DNA of 64,000 nt from the human T2T-CHM13v2.0 reference genome, Homo sapiens. A model generated the notes under the pieces. That model was not told the origin of the DNA. It made no database searches and saw nothing but the letters and a program-made list of their open reading frames with translations. Where the stretch lies: assembly GCF_009914755.1 (NCBI RefSeq), contig NC_060936.1. The stretch is one strand, 5' to 3'. Below are positions 51,260 through 64,000 of the stretch, piece by piece. Numbering within the stretch: the stretch's first letter is position 1; the number at the start of each line of letters is the position of its first letter. The translations under genes and the position numbers were made by a program.

Positions 51260-51599
51260 CCCCCTTTTTGAAGAATAAAAGGGAAACCTGCAAGAGGGAT
51301 GAAAATACACTCTAAAAAGAGAAATTCTCTAGATCTGTGAAAAGTTATAGCAGAAAAGAGGAATGAATGTCTTAGGCTTAGAACATGAAGATGATTATCT
51401 CCAAAATGGTTTTTTAATGGGTACCAGAAGAATTGTTAATAAGTTACAAGCAGACACAGACTTTTTAAAGATAAGTACAGAGAATCTTGAGAAGAGGACA
51501 TTCTGGAATGAAAATACACAAGATGAAATGTGAAGACAGCAAGTTGAGGAGAAAAATGAACTTGATGGGATCAAGAAGATGCAGCAGCCAATTTAGTTA

Positions 51600-52120
51600 A
51601 TTTCCCTGTCTGTGCTTCTTTGTCAGAGTGAGCTCTCAATTCCCCAGTAAGGAAAGGACACATGATTTGCTCTGCTCACAATGAGTAGGATCCAGAATGG
51701 ACACATGATCCAAACTTGGTCAATCAATTCTTTCTTCTAGAATATTGGGACACAAGAATGCTATGCAGGCTTAGGTAGGGCTGAAAGAGAGAAGGTAGGT
51801 AGAGATGTCTTGGGGGCTGTTTTATTTTCTGTCCATGGAGAAATAGAGATCTGGATTGCAGAGACCGGTAGATTAGAAGATGAAGAAAGAAAAACAGAGA
51901 CAAGAGACCACAGGATTTGGAAAGAGACACAGAAAGAAAGTAGCTATCCTGGTCCCTGACAACTTTCCAGTTCCTCATTCCAGTCTCTTATGAGGCCTCA
52001 CTAGACTTCCTGACTTTGGGTTCTATGAATTTACACTTGTATTATTTTAAAAACATTCCACTTTTGTCTTACCCTAATTTGAATGGGATACTATTATTTG
52101 CAACCAAATGGTCCTTGACC
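51600..52120 (+). mobile_element. Old MLT1 LTR
   Basis: gacacatgatccaaacttggtcaatca...ttccagttcct.attccagt...tattatttgcaacc. Confidence 0.6.
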
Positions 52121-52334
52121 GATAAAGAAGGATTGCAAGAATACTAAAAACAAAACAAAACAACAAAAACCTCAGTAGTAGTATAGACTTCTGTTTTGCA
52201 AGCCAGCTGGAGAACAGCTTCACTGCAGCATTTCTTGATTTCCCACAAAAATACATATAAATTAAAGGATTTAGAAACAACTCACAATAACATTGAAAAT
52301 TGAGTTGGGTAGTCAACCTAATTCTACAATCAAG

Positions 52335-52870
52335 AGAGCTGATTTTTAGAACTTATTTGGCTTAACCTCTAAGTGGCATTTGTCCCTGTGGGATATTCTC
52401 TTTCTTGAGGCATTTTCTTTCTTTGGCTCCCATGACTACATTCTAATGTTTTCATTCCTCTGTAGCTTTGTCTTTATCTGTTTCTCTTGTTCCTTCTTTC
52501 CCACTTGACCTTTTAAATAGTTCCTTAGCATTCATCTGAGCTACCTCCTCTTCCATTCTATTCAAGCAGTTCCACTCATGCCCATGGCTTCTGTTCTTAC
52601 TCACATACTGATAGTTTTTAAATCTATGTACTCAGTCCATACCTCTTGACTGTATAAACATCCTTCTACTAGAAATTTCTACTGAGATATTGCAACAGTA
52701 GCTCGTATGAAACCAAAATCATCCTCTTTCCAGCCACATCTGCCCCTCTTTAACGAAATACTATACTTTCTATCTGCCCAGTCATTCAAACTAAAAACTT
52801 CGGATTTCTCCTAGCATGCTCCCTCTCCCTCCTCTTTCATATCCAATCAGTTAGCAAGTCCCGTTGTGAA
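52335..52870 (+). mobile_element. L2 fragment
   Basis: ctttggctcccatgac...cactcatgcccatggctt...tatccaatcagttagcaagtcc. Confidence 0.65.
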
Positions 52871-53038
52871 AACTACAGAACAAAAAAACCTAGGACCCCC
52901 ACTGATGTTTGATTTAGTGCGAGCAATCTCTAAACTTTATCTCCCTCCTGTGTGCCTCACCTCCTGCACAATTCTGATAGGTTCCTACTCCTTCCCAGCA
53001 CACAGGTCCTGGCAAAATATAAAGCCCTTTGTGCATGG

Positions 53039-53046
53039 GTATGTGC

Positions 53047-53089
<43 letters not shown>

Positions 53090-53090
53090 C
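53039..53090. repeat. (TG)n/(CG)n alternating purine-pyrimidine tract
   Basis: gtatgtgcgc(gt)16(gc)5: 52 bp of uninterrupted alternation. Confidence 0.95.
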
Positions 53091-53581
53091 TTGTGCGCCC
53101 ATGGTGGGAAGAGGCAGATGCTGAAATAAAGAACTTAACAGTGGATAATAGGAAATGAGCTTTAAATAAATACCCAGAGCTCAGAATATCAGAGAACAAG
53201 GCGATGAATGTAGAAGAGGTGTGTTAAGTGAAATTGTGATACAATTTGGAGATTGGGCTGGAATGAAGTGCACTGACCCAACCTCACCCTGTACATCCCA
53301 CCTCCACCAATTTTATAGCTGAAAAGGAGATTTTTCCATCACATGCCATAGAATAAGTCCAACCCACATACTTTCTCTGTGGACAAACTCTGTTTAAAAA
53401 CAGTTTTTCATGCTTAAGAATGATTAAAGATGAAATAAAATCAGTGTGGGGTCCATAAAAAATTATAGAATAAAGGAAAGTATTGGAATACTCAAAGGAA
53501 GAACCTATTTCTGAAAATGGCCTATTGTAGTGTATTAATTAAGGTGTAAGCAAAAATTCTTAAAAAAAAAAAAAGGTAACC

Positions 53582-53878
53582 GGTTGGGTGTGGTGGTTCA
53601 CACCTGTAATCCCAACACTTTGGTAGGCTGAGGTGGGTGGATCACCTGAGGTCAGGAGTTTGAGACCAGCCTGGCCAATGTGGCAAAGGCTGTCTCTACT
53701 AAAAATACAAAAATTAGCCAGGTGTGGTGGCATGTGCCTATAAGCCCAGCTACTTGGGAGGTAGGAGAATCACTTGAATGGGGGAGGCAGAGGTTGCAAT
53801 GAGCCAAGATCATGCCACTGCACTCCAGCATGGACAACAAGAGTGAGACTGTCTCAAAAATAAATAAATAAATAAATA
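53582..53878 (+). mobile_element. AluS (Sx/Sq-like)
   Basis: ggatcacctgaggtcaggagtttgagaccagcctggccaa; (AAAT)n tail followed by TA/CA low-complexity sequence. Confidence 0.92.
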
Positions 53879-54056
53879 TATGTATATATACACACACACA
53901 CGTATATATATATGTATATATGTAACCAAAAATAAAGTGTTTCAATAGTTTATTCCTCTTTCATATAATGGTCTAGAGAGAGTGTCATTGGGACAAAGGG
54001 CAAAGATACAGAGGATCTGTTTCCCTTCTATCTTGTTTTTCTGTAATCACCTAGAG

Positions 54057-54285
54057 CAGTGCTACTCAAATGTGGTCCAGACCAGTGCTGGTCTTGGGAC
54101 TTCTTGCCACTTGTCAGCATGCTCCCTCTCCCTCCTTTAAAGGTGAGACATGTACAGAAATTGAGAGTGTTTATCTGGCCCCATTGTGCACTGATACAGT
54201 TTAGAAGTAAGCATACTTATCATTGACCAGTAACAAGTAGTTTATAGATAGTACCTGTCCGTAGACCACATTTTGAGTAGCACTG
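54057..54285. mobile_element. hAT-Charlie MITE (MER5/MER20-related; subfamily uncertain)
   Basis: Perfect 14-bp TIRs cagtgctactcaaa / tttgagtagcactg; 8-bp Charlie-type TSD acctagag / ccctaggg. Confidence 0.85.
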
Positions 54286-54687
54286 CCCTAGGGGGTCATC
54301 CTCATTATTCTTTAAACTGGCTAACTGGCACCATACAAAGGGAAATGACAGAAAATTCTTTAGAAATAGCAGGTAGCAATTAAAATGAACCAATATGAAA
54401 TTAATAAGATAGAATGAAATAGAATATGATAAAAAAATTAAAAAAGAAAATAGAATGAGATGAAAAAGGAAATGATAGGATAAAGACGTTGAAATTCACA
54501 TTGGAGGCAGTAGAGAGCATGATTAGTGCTGCACAAAACCCCAGAAGTGGAGTAAAAGATAAATCGAGCTGCTCTAGAATTCAGGGAGGAAAAAAATAAA
54601 AAAAATGTAAAACTAGAAAGAGAAGATGAAAGATATGGAGGCTGACAACAGAGAACCAAAAAAACAAATAAATCATTCTCCTTAAAA

Positions 54688-56715
<2,028 letters not shown>

Positions 56716-56725
56716 TCAAAGCAAT

Positions 56726-59181
56726 TTTTTCCCTTGTAAAAAAACTTTTAAGTTTAGAGGTATATGTGCAGGTTTATTATTTAGATAAACTTGTGTCATG
56801 AGAGTTGTACATATTATTTCATCACCCAGATATTAAGCCTAGTACCCATTAATTATGTTTCCTCATCCTCTCCCTCCTCCCACTCTCTCGCCTTCACTAG
56901 GCTTCAGCATGTGTTGTTTCCCTCTATGTGTCCATGTGTTCTCATTGTTTTAGCTCCCATTTATAAATGAGAACATGTGGCATTTGGCTTTCTGTTCCTG
57001 TGTTAGTTTGCTAAGGATAATGGCTTCCAGCTCCATCCATGTTCCTGCAAAGGAAATGATCTTTTTCTTTTTTATGGCTGCATAGTATACCATGGTGTAT
57101 GTGTACCACATTTTCTTTATCCAGTTCACCACTGATAGGCACCTAGGTTGATTCTATGTCTTTGCTTTTGTGAGTAGTGCTGTGATTAACTATGCATGCA
57201 TGTGTATTTATAATAGAATGACATATTCCTGTGGGTATATACCCAGTAATGGAATTGCTGGGTTGAATGGTGTTTCTGTCTGTAGGTCTTGGAGGAATCA
57301 CCATACTGTCTTCCACAATGGTTGAACTAATTTACACTCCCACCAACGGTGTAAAAGCATTCCTTTTTCTCCACAACCTCGACAGCATCTGTTATTTTTT
57401 GACTTAATAATAGCCAGTCTGACTGGTGTGAGATGGTATCTCATTGTAGTTTTGATTTGCATTTCTTTAATGATCAGTGATGTTGAGCTTTTTTCACATG
57501 ATTCTTGGCTACATTTGTGTATTCTTTTGAAAAGTGTCTGTTCATGTCCTTTGTCCACTTTTGAATGAGGTTGTTTACTTTTTCTTGTAAATATGTTGAA
57601 GTTCCATATACATGCTGAATATTAGACCTTTGTCAGATGCATAGTTGGCAAAAATTTTCTGCCATTTTGTAGGTTGTCTGTTTACTCTGTTGATTGTTTC
57701 TTTTGCTGTGCAGAAGCTCTTTAGTTTAATTAGATCACATCTGTCAATTTTTGCTTTTGTTGCAATTGCTTTTGGCACCTTTGTCATAAAATCTTTGTCT
57801 GTGCCTATGTCCTGAATGGTATTGGTCTAGGTTGTCTCCCAGGTCGGCATCATCCTGATGCCAAAACCTGGCAGAGATGTAACAAGAAAACTTGAGGCCA
57901 ACATCCATGATGCATGTTGATGCAAAAATCCTCAACAAAATACTGGCAAACTGAATCCAACAGCAAATCAAAAAGCTTGTCCATCATGACCAAACAGGCT
58001 TTAAAATTGTTTCAACATATGCAAATCAATAAGTGTGATTTATCACATAAACATAACTAATGACAAAAAACACAGGATTATCTCAACAGATGCAGAAAGA
58101 AAAGGCTTTTGATAAAATTCAACATCCATTCATGTTAAAAACTCTCAATAAACTAGGTATTGAAGGAATATACCTCAAATAATAAGAGCCATACATGACA
58201 AACCCACAGTTAACATCATACTGAATGGGCAAAAGCTGGAAGCATTCCCTTGTAAACCTGGAATGCCCTCTCTCACCACTCCTATTCAACATAGTATTGG
58301 AAGTCCTAGCCAGGGCACTCAGGCAAGAGAAAGAAATAAAGAGCATCCAAATAGGAAGAGAGGAAGTCAAACTCTCTCTGGCTGCAGACAACATGATCCT
58401 ATGTTTAGAAAATCCCATATAGTCTCAGCCTAAAGCTTCTTAAGCTGATAAACACCTTCAGCAAAGTCTCAGATACAAAATCAGTGTACAAAAATTACTA
58501 GCATTCTTATACACCGACAACAGTCAAGCCCAGAGCGAAATCAGGAACCAACTCCCATTCACTATAGTCACAAAAAGAATATAATACCTAGGAATACATC
58601 TAATTAGGGAGATGAAAGATCTCTACAAGGAGAACTACAAACCACTGCTCAAAGAAATCAGAGATGACACAAACAAATGGAAAACCATTCCATGCTCATG
58701 GATAGGAAGAATCAATATCATTAAAATGGCCATACTGCTCAAAGCAATTTATAGATTCAATGCTATTTTTATTAAACTACCACTGAGATTCTTCACAGAA
58801 CTAGAAAAAACTATTTTAAAATTCATATGGAACCAAAAAGTGCTTGAATAGCCAAGGCAATACTAAGCAAAAAGAACAAAGCAAGTCACACTACCCAACT
58901 TCAAACTGTACTACAGGGCTACAGTAACCAAACCAGCATGGTACTGGTACAAAAACAGACACAGACCAATGGAACAGAAAAGAGAAATAAGACTACACAC
59001 CTTCAACCATCTGATCTTGGACAAACCTGACAAACACAAGCAATGGGGGAAGGATTCCCTATTCAATAAACGGTGCTGAGAAGCCAGTTATCTGGCTAGC
59101 CACATGCAGAAGGTTGAAACTGGACCCCTTCCTTACATCATGTACAAAAGTTAACTCAAGATGGATTAAAGACTTGAATGT
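56726..59181 (-). mobile_element. L1PA (about PA10-13) with twin-priming 5' inversion
   Basis: Antisense 3' UTR and ORF2 at 56726-57843, then sense ORF2 RT region at 57841-59181 ([27 protein letters not shown]); degenerate TSD tcaaagcaa at 56716-56724 and 59187-59195. Confidence 0.93.
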
Positions 59182-60310
59182 CAATCTCAAAGCAAAATTT
59201 AAGAAAAAACATTCCATATAACAAATTATTTTTGAAACACAATAAAGATATAGCTACTGTGAACCTTGTCTTGCTGAATACTATCATATTGAACTAGACA
59301 AGGCAATGACAATTAGAAGTACAAATAAAATTGAATGAGCACATACTGAAATCTTTCCTTCTTGCCCAGGCCCAGGAAAATAAGATAAAGGACATATTTA
59401 AATACTGAAGTAATAAAAATTACATTTTGAAACAGAAAGATAATTTTTCTTTATTCAAAGGCCAATCCATAGACAAAAATGGAGAGTGGAAATCCCAGAA
59501 GTAAGTTAGGACTGCTTCACAACAAGCCACGTATAGGCAGGGACCCAAAATGGAAAGCCATAAGCCATAGGGAAGACACTATAGCTCAAGACACAGGGAT
59601 CAGAATTCTGTTGCAGAAGATAAACTCACAAGCAAACGTCAGTAAACCCATGAGAAATAACTACACTGCAACAGGGTCACAGCAAGGTCAAGAAGTAGAA
59701 AACTTATCATAGGAAATAGCATTGGTGAACCAATCAGACAAGGACCTTATTTGTTCAGTTACTTAATACAATCATTAATCTTCACAAAATAGTTTCTAAT
59801 ACTTTGTGCCTGTGCTAGCAGCATCTTGCACTGTGACTTTCCTATATATAAATAGGCATTTTATCCAAGTGCAAATATTAAAAGCAGGGTAACTTAAGCA
59901 ATCGCCTGTACAAAGGTAAATAAATGGTAGGTTGTTTTTCTTCTTGAATCATTTTTGCTACCTAGCAAATTACAATTACATATCAGTTTAACATTGCTGA
60001 TCTATAGAATACACTTTGAACTGTGAGGTATGGCAACTTCCTGTAAGAGAGAGTTAATATATAAACCTGAATATTTTGCATGATTTTTTTTAGCTTCCAT
60101 GGATAGGGAAGACAAAAAATATCCAGGCTTCAAAGACCCTAGAAAGTAATTTTTCTAATCAATAAAAAAATTGTTTAGTAATTCTAAGTAATTTCTTCTT
60201 GGCTTCTTGTTGGAGCATTGTTGAATGGACAGATAAAGTAAATATTGAAGTGAAGCTATGTTTGTTATGGGATTATGGATTAAACCAGTTATTTTTAAAA
60301 ATCTGCCAGG

Positions 60311-60445
60311 AAAAAATAACTACTGGGTAAGAGGCTTAGTACCTGGGTGATGAAATAATCTGTACAACAAACCCCCATGACACAAGTTTACCTATTTAAC
60401 AAACCTACACATGTGCTCCTGAACCTAAAATAAAAGTTAAAAAGA
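60311..60445 (+). mobile_element. Very short L1PA (PA13-like) 3' end
   Basis: gcttagtacctgggtgatgaaataatctgtacaacaaacccccatgacac...cctgaacctaaaataaaagt; TSD aaaa(a/g)tctgccagg at 60297-60310 and 60446-60459. Confidence 0.9.
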
Positions 60446-61845
60446 AAAAGTCTGCCAGGTAACCTCCTCATTTACTTTACATTAAGTTGAGGTCCTGATA
60501 CATACATCTCAACCTTATAATTCAAGACTACTGTGAAATACTTCTAGTTCACTTGAAATAGCATGGTAATAGGACAATTAAAATCCTTATATGTTCTTAA
60601 AAAGTACATGCTTAACATTTTCTGGCATTACTTCTGAGCTCAGATAAAGCACAAAATCCCCCTAAATGAATATTCTTCTCTGTAAGTTAAGCGGTTGAGA
60701 GTTGGTAGCAAAAGCTATCATGGTATAACATTTCCATCTTAGAGTAGATACAAGTAGAAGAAAGTGCTGTTTAAACATCAAATAGATAAGAAATTAACAT
60801 GAACCAATTAACTTAAATTAGAAGGTAAGAATACTGCCATTCCAGATTGAATATTTTCAACATTTAAATTTCATACTTTAAAAATGGACAGCGATGAAGT
60901 CTGTTTTTGTGTAGTTCCACCTTAAATTTGGTGCCCAAATTACATATTTAATGTAATAGTGACTGGGTGGTCACTCGTATGTTATTCAAATACTGTAGAA
61001 AATAAATCAGAGTTAGTTAAATTTATTATACTTAACCATCACAAAACATCAGTGAAAATAAAGAAATCATAGAAATGGAACCAAATTGAAGTAAGAAAGA
61101 ATAGGAAGTGGTACCAGAACTGGCTTAACATGAGGTGGACAAAAAGATTCAAGAAAAAAACAAACTTGCAATGTTCTTATATGACAGAAAGAATAAACCT
61201 CTTATTTTGTCTACATTAACACTGTACTAAGGATGAGGACATTTCCTTTTTCTAGTGTTTGTGAGAGTCTGTCTTTAATAGACAGTACTGAGCAGGCACT
61301 TTAGTGACAACATAAAAATTATAGTGGTTATAAAAAGTGGCAAATTACCAGCTATAAATTAATACCAATAACCAAATCTGTATTTTTGGCCAGACTGCTA
61401 GACAGGATATGTGTGTTTATGAAACTAATTTTTAAAAATATTAACTGCTTCATTTAAAAAAATCGAATTTACTAGTATGAAGATTCATTTAAGCAGAGTT
61501 TCTGCTGAATGAAGCAGCATAGATTATTATTAGATTGCAATAGAGATCTTTGCTGACCTATCCTATAGTGATCTATATACAGGAAAACTATGTTATTGGT
61601 ACTTTACCAGCTGGAATTTTTGAACACCCAATGCGAATCTTGACTCCACTAGACCACTGTACACCAAGTGACCTAATCACACAACAGAATACTAGACCAC
61701 TATGGGATTAAAAATAGCTGTTTTCAGGGTGGTAAGACAGGAGAATGGAAAGAAAATCAGAAGAGGACACAATCTTGATCAACAGGAATTAACTCTTAAT
61801 CAACAACAACTTTTCCACTCTCCCGCTGGATAAAATAGCTTTTAC

Positions 61846-62146
<301 letters not shown>

Positions 62147-62718
62147 GTACTGTATCATTACATTATAGAGAGGAAAGCAAAGAAAGTAAGTTGGTGCAAT
62201 AGGACCTCTTGGAGCCAAGGGAACATATAGAAATCATTCCCATCAGTAAAGCACCTCAAGAGAGGACTGAGAAAAGTGAGATGCAAAGAAGTTTTGTTTC
62301 TATTACCCTAAAGTCATAACTATAGAAAGCTAAAAACACTCCTCTCTTCCCTCATTTCATTAGTAAAAATGGCAAAAATATTTTTCTTAGACCAGTTTTT
62401 ACACATATAAATAATAACATGGAGAAACAATGACCCATAAAGTCACTTTGCTAAAGCAAATTTGGGGAGAAATTTGGGTTAAGCGAATGTAAATAACCGA
62501 TTTAAATACTAATTTAAAATACAGTAGAATCCTGCAAATGACTTTCCCCAATAAATGCATCTTCAAAGAAAAGCTTCTGTCTCTGCTGGAACAATCTCGC
62601 AGAATCATAAGGCAACATAAAATGAAAGAGTAAATATTTCAAACTTCAAATAATTTGCTAAGGTATTGGGAAGCCTCATACTTTCAGTTTAAACTAATTT
62701 ATGATTTAAAAAGAAAAG

Positions 62719-63053
<335 letters not shown>

Positions 63054-63634
63054 TGAATTACAGAAAATCTTAACTTTTTACTGTTCTACATACTAATTTA
63101 GAGGTACTGAGGATTTTTTTTTTCTTAATGATGCAAGGCACTTTTCTTTTTTGGGTTTCATTTAGAATAAAATTGATTCTACACTGATTTATTATATTCT
63201 ATTTAGAACCATTTTGGACAAAGGAAAAAGAGCTGGGCAACTCTGAAAAGAACAAATACAACTTTGGCTTTTACAAAAGAAAATGCAAAAATGAAAGTCA
63301 CATGAAAGTTAACAGTATCCAGGTTTTTAAGCATCTGGTACTATAAAGCAAAACATCTTCCTGTTATCATTAAACCTTTGCTGTTTTTATAGAATAAATA
63401 AATTAGAAAAGTAATAGGAAAGGAAACAGTAATTGAACCATAAGTAAAGATAGTTGGTTAGTGTCACGATTTAAAGATTGTTAAGGGATCACGAAGTTTA
63501 AAAAATAAAATAATAATTAAGCTATTGAATTATACTAAAAAAGAAATGTAGCAGATTCCTGCATTTTGTTAATGTTTCTATAAAAGCCTTCATCATGAAA
63601 TTGAACTGTAAAAGTTTTAAAAATATATAATATA

Positions 63635-63997
<363 letters not shown>

Positions 63998-64000
63998 TTA

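Noticed and set aside
58225-58851. RT-like ORFs ([12 protein letters not shown]; [11 protein letters not shown])
   Set aside because: Fragments of a dead, inverted, frameshifted L1 ORF2; the catalytic FADD reads AADN.

Overview
Human non-coding genomic DNA. The species call rests on an AluYb8, a subfamily essentially restricted to humans. I find no supportable protein-coding gene, tRNA, rRNA or CRISPR array; the six-frame ORFs are explained by Alu, L1, L2, LTR or simple-repeat sequence, or by chance. Much of the window is interspersed repeat: dense ancient L2 and MIR, 13 near-full-length Alus (J, S, Y, Yb8) plus one fragment, several L1 fragments (two with twin-priming 5' inversions), solo LTRs (MLT1, MST, THE1A, MLT2A, MER39B) and DNA-transposon MITEs (MER5, MER45A, MER81, MER53, MER102, Tigger type). 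The most unusual structure is a ~95-bp unique segment (45855-45949) ending in a strong G-quadruplex motif that is copied in inverted orientation into an MST LTR 1.5 kb away (47411-47508). Other points of interest: nested palindromes inside an old L1 (8002-8184), a fold-back truncated Alu, a MER39B LTR followed by a poly(A) with a possible long target-site duplication, a MER53 hairpin retaining the miR-1302 seed, an AP-1/NF-Y/CRE motif cluster near 2.6-2.8 kb, and an AT-rich end (59.7-64 kb) that may be the 3' UTR of a minus-strand gene outside the window. Repeat names come from recognising consensus motifs by eye, not from RepeatMasker. Boundaries of old repeats are approximate. I see no evidence of a new multi-gene system.
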